Source of the DNA: Eledone cirrhosa
Taxonomy: Eukaryota
DNA: 64,000 nucleotides
Assembly: GCA_964016885.1 (NCBI GenBank)
Contig: OZ024765.1
Coordinates: 10,478,001-10,542,000 of the forward strand
Direction: 5' to 3'
Made by a program: the position numbers and the translations under genes. The notes under the pieces were generated by a model. The model did not search any database. It was not told where the DNA came from and saw nothing but the letters and a program-made list of their open reading frames with translations. Positions 11,816 through 24,575 of this stretch are shown one piece after another (position 1 is the stretch's first letter; the number at the start of each line of letters is the position of its first letter).

Positions 11816-12153
11816 TATATATATATATATATATATAAATGTAGATTCCTCAGTTGTTTCACAGTTCTAGTCTTGTAAAAGTTGTTTCTATAATGTAATA
11901 AAGATGTCTATACACTACCGATGTATTGAGTACCTTCTTTATCTCAGGGAATCTACATTATATATATATATATATATACATTCATTTTATTAAGGCTAAA
12001 AAGTGAGTCTTGTTACCCTGGAGTTTTGCCTGTTTATCTCAGGGTCATCAGACAAGAACTTCAGAGGAACACGATTCACTATTTGGCCTGAATAAAGTGA
12101 ATATTAAAACCTCTATTTTGGTATTGAGTACTCTTTTCTCTTAGCTGACAACC

Positions 12154-12208
<55 letters not shown>

Positions 12209-12335
12209 AGTCCTGGGTTCAATCGGAGGTAACCACTGTAAGTAAGGTACTCAATACATTAGTAGAGTGTATACAACAAAATTTAATACATCAAAAGATG
12301 ATTTCCTTGGAATGAAACAGTTCTAATCCAGCTTA

Positions 12336-12448
12336 ACCCAATGATGAAGCCACATGTGTCAATTGTGCATTGTTGCATAATAAATGCAGACAGTTGATGC
12401 TGTGCACTCTATTGCTGCATTAATTGTGGCTGAAACTCAAGTATGGGT
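12336..12448 (+). ncRNA. Hammerhead ribozyme with ~72-nt helix II insertion (C3>A, probably inactive)
   Basis: Helix I ACCCA/TGGGT, ATGATGA, helix II AGCCAC/GTGGCT, GAAAC-TCAA-GTA^. Confidence 0.7.
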
Positions 12449-12614
12449 GTAGATTTATGGTAACCATTCAACATGTGTTGTATTGAAGCAAATAACTATG
12501 TATACTCTCAGATTTTACATAACCTTACCTATTGAGTACGCTGAAATGCAACCGATACTAGCAGTAAAACCCATGCTATCCCGTCAACTTACACACACAC
12601 ACATATATATATAT

Positions 12615-12715
12615 AGGGTGTCCTTCAAAAATGTATACACCCTTCAACAGCATTCTAATAAAGATTGTCTGTACAGGTAATCAAAGTATGTATAGATTTT
12701 TTGGGACACCCTGTA
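12615..12715. mobile_element. Mariner-like MITE
   Basis: AGGGTGTCC...GGACACCCTG inverted ends in TA context. A similar element lies at 12966-13044. Confidence 0.65.
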
Positions 12716-13310
12716 TATATATAGAAATATATACATATATGTCCTTAGAATTATTAGATAAAATATATACCATATTTTATCTAATAATTCTAAGGACATG
12801 ATTTATGATATATTGCTCTCTGATGATTTAATTTATTAATTCTTCATAGAGCCACAAAGTGACCGGTTGCAACATATATATCTATAACTTTATGTATATG
12901 TAAACCTTTATATATACATACATAGGGTGTCCATAATGTATATGTAAACCTTATACATACATACATAGGGTGTCCATAATGTCCACGTGCAATTTAAAAA
13001 GGTACAATTATTTTAAATTGCACCCTGACTTTATGGACACCCTGCATAATGGGATTATACGATTTATTCGGAAATTTTCCATTACAAATGTTTCAACAGG
13101 TTTGACAACTATGCAGTGTGTTGGTTCCATTGAATCAATCTGGCCTCGTCAGGTAGTCTTCTGAAAATTGGTTTATACATCCCTGGTTCTTTGGAGAATC
13201 TGAGGTGTAGATATAAGGGAAATCAGGTACTGTATGTAATAACTCGGCTTTCAAGGAGCGAAAAAGATCCCAGAAAACGTTAGAGATTTAGTTAGGGTGA
13301 ATCATTATCA

Positions 13311-13550
13311 TCAGGTCGAGCTTGCTCGGCTTTCTACGACACATTTCCTCCATCCATCTCGGTCTCTCATAGCGTTTGCCAGTTCTTTCGCAGTGCATCC
13401 AGTATCGTCCTCAAGTTGCTTGACGTATGTCTTCTTGGGACGACCAGCGTTTCTTGCTCCATGAGATGGACTCCATAACAACACATCACCTGCTATTTCT
13501 TCCTTGCTGCGCCAACAGTGGCCAGCAAATCTGAGTCTCTGTCCACGTAT
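13311..13550 (-). pseudogene. RTE-like LINE 3' end (second RTE family)
   Basis: IRGQRLRFAGHCWRSKEEIAGDVLLWSPSHGARNAGRPKKTYVKQLEDDTG...MRDRDGWR. Confidence 0.85.
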
Positions 13551-13643
13551 TGAGTTAGGGTGAAAGTAGATGTTTTGAACTAGTATCCTGACTTCTAAGA
13601 TACAAAACGCATACATATATATATATATATATGCATATATACA

Positions 13644-13702
<59 letters not shown>

Positions 13703-13817
13703 CATCATCATCATCATCATTATCATTTTACGTCCACTTTTCCCTGCTTGCAAGGGTGGGACTGGTCTTATTCAGCACAGCATCTCTCCACTTGTCACGG
13801 ATATATATATATATATG

Positions 13818-14006
13818 TAGAGTTTATATTTAATTTGTTGGGATACAACAAGCAAAATATTTTTATAACTGATATAAAGCACTCAACAAATTATTGGAGT
13901 AAATATACAATATATTAACAAATGGAAACTATATTTATAAAACCATATTTATTTCATTATACATATTTCAAGGGCCACCAAGGCAAATTATGGTGCGCTT
14001 TCATCA
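13818..14006 (-). mobile_element. Hammerhead-bearing insert, 5'-truncated inside the core; same family as 18103-18408
   Basis: TGATGA-helix II-GAAATATGTA on -, AATAAA, bulged stem-loop 13881-13900, (TA)n flanks. Confidence 0.7.
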
Positions 14007-14034
14007 TATATATATATATATATACATATGTGTA

Positions 14035-14241
14035 AACTGTGTCTGAGAAGGATAGAATGTAGTGTGCGAGAGAGGAGACTGAGGTGGTATGGACATGTGA
14101 TGCGCTTGGAGGATGACCGATGGGTGAAGAAGTGCCAGGAAATGCCAGTTGAAGGAAGACGTAGTAGAGGAAGACCACGAAAATAATAGGACCCGTCCCA
14201 CCCTTGCAAGCAGGGAAAAGCGGACGTAAAATGATGATGAT
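14035..14241 (+). pseudogene. RTE LINE 3' fragment with internal deletion
   Basis: RLRWYGHVMR...RGRP joined to the standard CCCTTGCAAGCAGGGAAAAGCGGACG tail. Confidence 0.8.
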
Positions 14242-14949
14242 ACATATATGCATGTATATAGATTTCGCTGCTATCTCTAGCGACCTTACCAAAAATAACA
14301 GAGTTTTTTTGTTTTTTTTTCAGACAAGGGAGACAACTCTGGAGTAATTTCTGGAAAATATGACAAAAATTTCTCAAAATGCCGAGGAACTGATGTCGCT
14401 TTTGTATCAATTTCCAAAATAAGTTTTCTTTTTGTTTTTTTAAATTTAAATTATGTTATGGTTAATGCGCTTGATTACCAACCCAGAGTCGCGGGTTCGA
14501 TTCCTTGCTGACCACACCTTCCATTTTTTTTCCCCGTTTTATTGATATTTTATTATTTTATTTTACCTGATTGTTTTCAAAATTATTATTATTATTATTT
14601 TTTATTGTTGCTTTTGTTATTATTATTGTAATAGTTATTGTGATTATTTTTTTTTACAGGGATTGACTTAATTATTATCGTAGTCATCTACGTCGGGACA
14701 ACTACATTTGCAATTTGAAATGAGAAATTTATAGAAGTAAAACTAACCTGAACAACTTTATTTCAAATTTGGAGTCACTATTAAGATTAGTTGTTAGGGG
14801 TTCGTGTGAGACATTAAAATAAAATAATAATGAAATTATTGTGTAAAGTGCTCAGGTGCACTACAACCCGTCAAAGGTGCATGTATAGTACATAGAATAA
14901 TATACAAATGTCAGGGAAGTGAATAGTATATGAGTCATGATATACATTA

Positions 14950-15290
14950 AGGTTCGTTGTTAGGGGTTAGGGTGAACCAAAAGTATTCGTTTTTAGGGGT
15001 CGGGTGAGCCGTAAGGGTTCGTTGTCAGGGATTTGGGTGTGCCATAAAGGTTCGATGTTAGGGGTTAGGGTGAGCCATAAGGATTCGTTGTTAGGGGTCA
15101 TAGATTGTGGTTAGGGTTAGGGTTTGCGATTAGAGTAAGTTGTTAGGGTTAGGATCTCTATTTAGGGTTAGTGGTTGAGGGTTCGGGGGATGGAGTTAGG
15201 TTTTTATTTAGGGTTAGTCGTTAGGGGTTCAGGTGAGGGATTAGAGTTCGGATTAACATTTAGGGTTAGTCTCTAGGGGTTTAGGCAAGG
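14950..15290 (+). repeat. Degenerate TTAGGG-rich interstitial repeat
   Basis: Repeated GTTAGGG(G)TT and GGTTCGTTGTTAGGGG motifs. Confidence 0.7.
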
Positions 15291-15428
15291 TACTAGTGTT
15301 AGTATTAGTTCAATAAGTTTCTTGATTAACAGCCATTGGATATCCTACGAGATGAGAGAGAAAACTCATGTATATGTGTGTGTATGTGTGTGTATATATA
15401 ATATATAATATATATTATATATACATAC

Positions 15429-15479
<51 letters not shown>

Positions 15480-15668
15480 AATAAGTATGTACACGTAAAT
15501 ACATATATGTATACAGACGTACAGTAGTATGTATATATATATATATATATACATACATGCACACATATATATATGTACGTATGGATTCACCGAACATTTA
15601 TTATAATGCTCGGTGTGTTTGTAAACAAACATCCAGTATTAAGCCGTAGTGTCCAGCAACCATCGCTG

Positions 15669-15720
<52 letters not shown>

Positions 15721-17193
15721 ATTAATATATGTATATATATGTGTATGTATGTATGCATGTATGTGTGTATCTGTGTGTGTGTTAAGTATTTCAGTAGAAA
15801 AGGTAAAGAGAGCTATTTAATTAAATAATAAACAACAAAATATAATTATTTCATTACGGGGTCCTACTCGTTCCTATTACCTACTCTACTACCCTAAGTA
15901 TTGAGTACTTTGGTGCGTTATGGTCCACCTGGTTCCTTACCACATTTCCTCCGTTATATATATATATATATTTATTTATTTTATTTATTTATTATTTTTT
16001 TTCTCGTGCAATGGCCATACTCGATAACGAGTGGGCAGCCATCATGTATATATATATGTATGTATGTATACATTAAAATATATGATAAACACAAAACGTG
16101 TTTGCATTGCAACAGATAGTCAGCTATTAATGAAATAAACTAATTAAAGTGAATACAATTTGTCTGTCTCGATATAAGTCAATAAAGACAAGTTTATATT
16201 GGCAACTGCCAAAGTATGTATGTATGTATGTATGTATGTATGTATGTATGTATGTATGTATGTATGTATGTATGTATGTATGTATGTATGTATGTATGTC
16301 CATTTGCGCGGGCATATATATATATATATATATATATATACAAATGCGCGCGCAAATGCACATACGCGCGCCCATATATATATATAAATACACATACATA
16401 ACCCTTGTTTATAGTTAGGTTAGGTTTGCCTTTCATCCTTGCGGTGTCTATAAAATAAAGCACCAGTAATATACTGGGTATTTGCTGACCTTGTACTAAA
16501 AGTAGAAACATTATCTATGATTTATGTTCTGTGATTTTACATTCGTATAATTTTTGGATTTTTACCCTATGGAATACACCTTCGATGTATTTTTTAATAT
16601 AATATATACATATATATATCTTTGTGTATCCCTATTTGTTGTTCCCTTGAACTATATATACACACAAAACCAGCGCAAAAGAAGACAATGGATATATTTT
16701 AGCTGTGATGAGAAATACTCGGTCAATTGTAAGTTGTTTCGAATGTCTTTATTTATCTTTCTTTTCCACATTTTAAATATAATTTGATATATAGAAAATA
16801 ACATTTAATTAGTTATGAAGGAAATTGGGACAATGCTTCAGTGGATTTATTTAAAGTTTGAGAGGAATAGAAGACAAGAATTTAGTTTAAAAAAAAAATA
16901 ACAGCTAGATTTTCAAAAATTAAAAGTATTCAGCTACGTGATCTAAATCATTTCCCCACCCTTACTATATATATATATATATATATATATATGTAGATAA
17001 ATCTACCAAGAGTTTACGGTAGTGTCCAATCCGTATGAAGAACTCAATGTAATCCGGATATCATGGAAAGAAGAGATGCAATGAAAAATCACTTTCGGTG
17101 AAAGATAAACGGAATACAGAGTCAAGATAAAATATAAAAAAAAATAATGAATAAAACAATGAAACAGTTCCTTATATTAAACAAAAAAAGTTC

Positions 17194-17336
17194 ATTATTT
17201 AACGATCGTTTCTAGGATATATATGTGTTAGAATTGGCATGCATATTCAACAGATCTATGTACAAAATTATACAAAATTATACAAACTATCAAAATTAAA
17301 TATACATACCCAACACATATATATGCCGTCTTCAGA

Positions 17337-17342
<6 letters not shown>
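17194..17342 (-). ncRNA. Type I hammerhead with long helix II (intact core)
   Basis: Helix I ATTATTT/AAATAAT (7 bp), CTGAAGA 17335-17329, ~20-bp helix II, GAAACGATCGTT^ with palindromic helix III. Confidence 0.8.
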
Positions 17343-17403
<61 letters not shown>

Positions 17404-17478
17404 CAAGTTTAATATAGAAATGGCTTCTACAGAACTAGAACTGTTTCATTCAAAAGAAATCACCAGGAAAGCCCAGGG

Positions 17479-17609
17479 TGTTTCTGAGGAGGACGGCCGA
17501 TTGAAGAGGGTTTTCGAGACTAGAAATTGGTAGTAACTTAACCACTACTATGCTAGTCAATACATCGATCTCCACCGATCAATCGACCCTCGGAAACGAT
17601 CGTAAAACA
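17479..17609 (+). ncRNA. Type I hammerhead with long helix II
   Basis: Helix I TGTTT/AAACA, CTGAGGA 17484-17490, helix II ..CCGATTGA/TCAATCGA.., GAAACGATCGTA^ 17593-17604. Confidence 0.78.
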
Positions 17610-17758
17610 ATGAACCAACTCTCTAACTACAACTGACTTTTGTTTTCATTGTTCAAACACACACACCCACACACACACATATATATATATATACACCCCC
17701 CCGCCCCCCCACACATATTTGATAAACAAACAACCAACCAACATTAACAATAACAAAT

Positions 17759-17764
17759 TTTATT
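17759..17764 (-). promoter_or_regulatory. Candidate poly(A) signal of stum
   Basis: AATAAA on -, followed downstream by a GU/U-rich tract (TTTGTTATTGTTAATGTTGGTTGGTTGTTTG). Confidence 0.45.
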
Positions 17765-18050
17765 AACAGATTTTTAGAAATTCATATTTTATTTATTAAA
17801 GTTACCTTTATTTTCAAAATCCATGTTAAAAAAAAAAATTATTTATTTATTTATATACAGCTTATTTATTTATTTAAATAAATTAGGCCATGATGTCCTG
17901 TGTGTGTTTAGGGTTTAGTAAACCCTGCAGATCAGCATAATAATTTATACTAGAAGGACTTAGGTCCTTTCCTGACACAGTAGTGATGTCACTGTTGAGC
18001 AATTTTAGAGGCGTCTTATTATTTTATAAAGTTTAGAATTAAATTTTGGT

Positions 18051-18102
<52 letters not shown>

Positions 18103-18105
<3 letters not shown>

Positions 18106-18408
18106 CAGAATGGATATTCAATTTGTTGGTAATTCAACAAATAAAAATGTTTATAACTGATTTAGAGCACTCAACAGGTATTCTGGAGTATAATATACAT
18201 TGATGTTAAATAAATCGAAACTATATTTATAAAACCATATTTATTATATTATATATATTTCAAGGGTACCAACATTTTGGTACGCTATCATCAGATAAAA
18301 TACAAAAAGTTTTATAAATTTTTGACATAACTTGAACCATTAAGGCATATTATCCTTGGTTATGTCAAATATTTATAAAACATTTTGTATTTTATCTGAT
18401 GATAGCGT
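18103..18408 (-). mobile_element. Fold-back hammerhead insert in the predicted stum 3' UTR
   Basis: CTGATGA 18294-18288, helix II GTACCAA/TTGGTAC, GAAA 18261-18258, AATAAA, bulged stem-loop 18169-18189, inverted arm 18359-18408, (TA)n on both sides. Confidence 0.8.
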
Positions 18409-18427
18409 ATATATATATATATGTATG

Positions 18428-18485
<58 letters not shown>

Positions 18486-18549
18486 AACACACAATCACAC
18501 ACACATATATATACACACACTCACTCACACACGTAACACATATACATAC

Positions 18550-18631
<82 letters not shown>

Positions 18632-18741
18632 CTCCCACACAACACACATATGTCCAATAATTTGGATTGTTTAGACAAAAAAAAAAAAAGGCCCAATCAC
18701 AATATATTCCCCAATATAATACTTTAATATGATCTATATAT

Positions 18742-19082
18742 CTATATATAAACCATAGATTGGCTGTGATTAGAAATGTCATTGGGATTTATTTGAATCT
18801 TGTTATTGCTAGAGGCATCTGTTAGAGGCACACTGTGACACCAGCTATCTCTCGCACTTGTAACACCACCACCACCAACAACACCACCAACACCACCAAC
18901 ACCACCAACACCACCAACACCAAAACCAACACCATCAACACCATCCTCTACTGAATTTATTGATGATGCTGTTGAGTACGTCATATCGTGATCGTTTAAT
19001 ATTGAAATAGTTGCCTGTTTGTTGTTGATCTTGCTGTTGTTCAGCTGGATTTTACTTTCTGAATCACTCACCGCACTGTCAT
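18742..19082 (-). CDS. stum: Stum/SPEC3-family protein, exon 3 (low-complexity C-terminal tail)
   Basis: Acceptor ttgttgccag at 19083, phase 1 (G|AT=Asp), open to TAG. The three exons total 813 nt = 270 aa plus stop. Confidence 0.7.
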
Positions 19083-19149
19083 CTGGCAACAAAAACAAAC
19101 AAGTTATAATTGGGTTCTAATGATAGGAAATCTCCGCGTACCGTTAAAT

Positions 19150-21775
19150 AAAAACATTTCTCATATATATATACTTTGGTTCGTGGAAACATTTCTCATA
19201 TATATATACTTTGGTTCGTGGAAACATTTCTCATATATATATACTTTGGTTTGTGGAAACATTTCTCATATATATATACTTTGGTTCGTGGAAACATTTC
19301 TCATATATATATATACTTTGGTTCGTGGAAACATTTCTCATATATATATATACTTTGGTTTGTGGAAACATTTCTCATATATATATACTTTGGTTCGTGG
19401 AAACATTTCTCATATATATATATACTTTGGTTCGTGGAAACATTTCTCATATATATATACTTTGGTTCGTGGAAACATTTCTCATATATATATACTTTGG
19501 TTTGTGGAAACATTTCTCATATATATATACTTTGGTTCGTGGAAACATTTCTCATATATATATACTTTGGTTTGTGGAAACATTTCTCATATATATATAC
19601 TTTGGTTCGTGGAAACATTTCTCATATATATATATACTTTGGTTCGTGGAAACATTTCTCATATATATATACTTTGGTTCGTGGAAACATTTCTCATATA
19701 TATATACTTTGGTTTGTGGAAACATTTCTCATATATATACACTTTGGTTCGTGGAAACATTTCTCATATATATATACTTTGGTTCGTGGAAACATTTCTC
19801 ATATATATATACTTTGGTTCGTGGAAACATTTCTCATATATATATATACTTTGGTTCGTGGAAACATTTCTCATATATATATACTTTGGTTCGTGGAAAC
19901 ATTTCTCATATATATATATACTTTGGTTTGTGGAAACATTTCTCATATATATATACTTTGGTTCGTGGAAACGTTTCTCATATATATATATACTTTGGTT
20001 CGTTGAAACATTTCTCATATATATACACTTTGGTTCGTGGAAACATTTCTCATATATATATATACTTTGGTTCGTGGAAACATTTCTCATATATATATAT
20101 ACTTTGGTTCGTGGAAACATTTCTCATATATATATACTTTGTTTCGTGGAAACATTTCTCATATATATATACTTTGGTTCGTGGAAACATTTCTCATATA
20201 TATATATACTTTGGTTCGTGGAAACATTTCTCATATATATATATACTTTGGTTCGTGGAAACATTTCTCATATATATACACTTTGGTTCGTGGAAACATT
20301 TCTCATATATATATATACTTTGGTTCGTGGAAACATTTCTCATATATATATATACTTTGGTTCGTGGAAACATTTCTCATATATATATATACTTTGGTTT
20401 GTGGAAACATTTCTCATATATATATACTTTGGTTCGTGGAAACATTTCTCATATATATATACTTTGGTTCGTGGAAACGTTTCTCATATATATACTTTGG
20501 TTCGTGGAAACATTTCTCATATATATATACTTTGGTTCGTGGAAACATTTCTCATATATATATACTTTGGTTTGTGGAAACATTTCTCATATATATATAC
20601 TTTGGTTCGTGGAAACATTTCTCATATATATATACTTTGGTTCGTGGAAACATTTCTCATATATATATACTTTGGTTCGTGGAAACATTTCTCATATATA
20701 TATACTTTGGTTCGTGGAAACATTTCTCATATATATATACTTTGGTTCGTGGAAACATTTCTCATATATATATACTTTGGTTCGTGGAAACATTTCTCAT
20801 ATATATATACTTTGGTTCGTGGAAACATTTCTCATATATATATACTTTGGTTCGTGGAAACGTTTCTCATATATATACTTTGGTTCGTGGAAACATTTCT
20901 CATATATATACTTTGGTTCGTGGAAACATTTCTCATATATATATACTTTGGTTTGTGGAAACATTTCTCATATATATATACTTTGGTTCGTGGAAACATT
21001 TCTCATATATATACTTTGGTTCGTGGAAACATTTCTCATATATATATACTTTGGTTTGTGGAAACATTTCTCATATATATATACTTTGGTTCGTGGAAAC
21101 ATTTCTCATATATATATACTTTGGTTCGTGGAAACATTTCTCATATATATATACTTTGGTTCGTGGAAACGTTTCTCATATATATACTTTGGTTCGTGGA
21201 AACATTTCTCATATATATATACTTTGTTTCGTGGAAACATTTCTCATATATATATACTTTGGTTCGTGGAAACATTTCTCATATATATATATACTTTGGT
21301 TCGTGGAAACATTTCTCATATATATATATACTTTGGTTCGTGGAAACATTTCTCATATATATATATACTTTGGTTCGTGGAAACATTTCTCATATATATA
21401 TACTTTGGTTCGTGGAAACATTTCTCATATATATACACTTTGGTTCGTGGAAACATTTTTCATATATATATATATTTTGGATCGTAGAAACATTTCTCAT
21501 ATATATATACTTTGGTTCGTGGAAACATTTCTCATATATATACACTTTGGTTCGTGGAAACATTTCTCATATATATATACTTTGGTTCGTGGAAACATTT
21601 CTCATATATATACACTTTGGTTCGTAGAAACATTTCTCATATATATATACTTTGGTTCGTGGAAACATTTCTCATATATATATACTTTGTTTCGTGGAAA
21701 CATTTCTCATATATATATATACTTTGTTTCGTGGAAACATTTCTCATATATATATACTTTAGTTCGTGGAAACGT
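19150..21775. repeat. 33-37 bp satellite array (~70+ copies), ACTTTGGTTCGTGGAAACATTTCTC(AT)4-6
   Basis: Very homogeneous tandem array. All long ORFs here are artefacts of the repeat. Confidence 0.97.
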
Positions 21776-22068
21776 TCTATGGCAAAGAACGGGAAAAAAC
21801 GAATATAATAGGACATTAATAGGAGCGGTGAAAAACAATTACACGCAAAGACAGGACCACGGTTGCAACGTTTTTTTGAAATATTCACTTCTGCGTTTAC
21901 AGATTGAGTTTGTTAGTTTCAGAAGATCCCGTTAAGGGTGAAAGCAACGAATCTTTGCTTAAACTTTAATCTGTTATTTTAATAAATATTTGCTCTACGG
22001 TTCTTATATATTTGATATATATTTATCCTTATCGAGCCCTCTTTGGATTTTAGTCTTCAAATTATTAT

Positions 22069-22132
<64 letters not shown>

Positions 22133-22135
<3 letters not shown>

Positions 22136-22487
22136 GGAGGTAAGTTTTATTGTAGTACAATAAAGCAATGCAGATATCGGATAAGAAGCACTCTCCAGCT
22201 TGTGGGACTGGAGTATACATAATATATAAGAACAAAAGATGGTTAAAGGAGTTCCATGTATTTTATTATGCGCATTTCAAAAACAAATATCATCATGCAA
22301 TAATATTTGTGTTTTCATCAGATATGTTGATTTAAAACTGAACTATCCACAAGTGTTTTTTAGCCTTCATATCATGTCCTCCTGTTTTATCTGATGAAAA
22401 CACAAATATTATTGCATGATGATATTTGTTTTTGAAATGCGCATAATAAAATACATGGAACTCCTTTAACCATCTTTTGTTCTTATA

Positions 22488-22490
<3 letters not shown>
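22133..22490. mobile_element. Fold-back hammerhead insert (arms ~22223-22324 / 22388-22490)
   Basis: Inverted arms, (TA)n flanks, bulged stem-loop 22190-22214. Homologue at 44234-44465. Confidence 0.8.
22385..22451 (+). ncRNA. Type I hammerhead ribozyme (intact); mirror copy at 22261-22324 on -
   Basis: Helix I TTTTAT/ATAAAA, CTGATGA 22391-22397, ~12-bp helix II, GAAATGCGCATA^ with palindromic ATGCGCAT. Confidence 0.85.
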
Positions 22491-22569
<79 letters not shown>

Positions 22570-22824
22570 TAGGTAATTCCGAAGGAAAAGCAAAGGAAAA
22601 AAGAGTGCTCTATGTGTAGTACAGGGCTATTTAATTATGTAATAAGCAACACGTTTATGAGAAATGTTGTTGTCTGTCTGTGTGTATAAGTATACTTATT
22701 TCACAGTTCTGATTGATAAGTTGCATAAAATTAATTATTTAATTTATTGATGAATTTTTAATAATTAAACCAATATTTTAGATAAAGAGAACTAAGAGAG
22801 AGAAAGAGTAAAACGATTGAGTGT

Positions 22825-24575
22825 GATGTAGATACAGTAATAGAGATAAGGGAGGGAAATAAGAGAGAAATAAATACAGTAATAAATATTAGGGAGGGAA
22901 AGAAGAGTTATGAGAGAAGTAGATACAGTAATAGATGCAAGGGAGGGAAAATAAGAGAGGAGAAGATACAGTAATAGATGTAAGGGAGGGAAAGTAGAGA
23001 GTAGTAGATACAGTAATAGATGTAAGGGAGGGAAATAAGAGAGAAGTAGATACAGTAATAGATGTAAGGGAGGGAAAGTATAGAGTACTAGATACAGTAA
23101 TAGATGTAAAGGAGGGAAAGTAGAGAGAAGTAGATACAGTAATAGATGCAAGGGAGAAGTAGATACAGTAATAGATGTAAGGGAGGGAAAGAAGAGAGGA
23201 GTAGATACAGTAATAGATGTAAGGGAGGGAAAGTAGAGAGAAGTAGATACAGTAATAGATGTAAGGGAGGGAAAGTAGAGAGAAGTAGATACAGTAATAG
23301 ATGTAAGGGGGGCAAAGAAGAGATAAGTAGATACAGTAATAGATGTAAGGGAGGGAAAGTAGAGAGAAGTAGATACAGTAATAGATGTAAGGGGGGCAAA
23401 GAAGAGATAAGTAGATACAGTAATAGATGTAAGGGGGGCAAAGAAGAGATAAGTAGATACAGTAATAGATGTAAGGGAGGGAAAGTATAGAGTACTAGAT
23501 ACAGTAATAGATGTAAGGGAGGGAAAGAAGAGAGGAGTAGATACAGTAACAGATGCAATGGAGGGAAAGAAGAGAGGAGTAGATACAGTAATAGATGTAA
23601 GGGAGGGAAAGAAGAGAGAAGTAGATACAGTAATAGATGTAAAGGAGGGAAAAGAAGAGAGAAGTAGATATAGTAATAGATGCAAGGGAGGGAAATAAGA
23701 GAGAAGTAGATACAGTAATAGATGTAAGGGAGGGAAAGAAGAGAGAAGTAGATACAGTAATAGATGCAAGGGAGGGAAATAAGAGAGAAGTAGATACAGT
23801 AATAGATGTAAGGGAGGGAAAGAAGAGAGAAGTAGATACCGTAATATATGTAAGGGAGGGAAATAAGAGAGAAGTAGATACAATAATAGATGTAAGGGAG
23901 GGAAAGAAGAGAGAAGGAGATACAGTAATAGATGTAAGGGAGGGAAAGAAGAGAGAAGTAGATACAGTAATAGATGTAAAGGAGGGAAAGAAGAGAGTAG
24001 TAGATACAGTAATAGATGTAAGGGAGTGAAAGAAGAGAGAAGTAGATACAGTAATAGATGTAAGGGAGGGAAATAAGAGAGAAGTAGATACAGTAATAGA
24101 TGTAAAGGAGGGAAATAAGAGAGAAGTAGATACAGTAATAGATGTAAGGAAGGGAAAGAAGAGATAAGTAGATACAGTAATAGATGTAAGGGAGGGAAAG
24201 AAGAGAGAAGTAGATACAGTAATAGATGTAAGGGAGGGAAAGAAGAGAGAAGTAGATACAGTAATATATGTAAGAGAAGGAAAGAAGAGAGAAGTAGATA
24301 CAGTAATAGATGCAAGGGAGGGGAAATATGAGAGAAGTAGATACAGTAATAGATGTAAGGGAGGGAAAGAAGAGAGGAGTAGATACAGTAATAGATGTAA
24401 GGGAGGGAAAGAAGAGAGAAGTAGATACAGTAATAGATGTAAGGGAGGGAAAAGAAGAGACGAGTAGATACAGTAATAGATACAAGGGAGGGAAAATAAG
24501 AAAGAAGTAGATAGAGTAATAGATACAAGGGAGGGAAAGAAGAATGGAGTAGATACAGTAATAGTAGTAAGGGAG
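22825..24575. repeat. ~42 bp purine-rich minisatellite, array 1
   Basis: Unit GTAGATACAGTAATAGATGTAAGGGAGGGAAAGAAGAGAGAA. Confidence 0.95.

Noticed and set aside
12341-12433. Box C/D snoRNA (ATGATGA...CTGA)
   Set aside because: Pairing is inside the boxes, and the flanks give hammerhead helix I and GAAAC..GTA, so a hammerhead explains it better.
14455-14520. tRNA gene (GGTTCGATTCC B box)
   Set aside because: Acceptor and anticodon stems do not close; likely a SINE head remnant.
19120-21935. 835-aa and other long ORFs; superficially CRISPR-like 35-37 bp periodicity
   Set aside because: Pure tandem satellite with only (AT)n between cores. No unique spacers, no cas genes, eukaryotic context.
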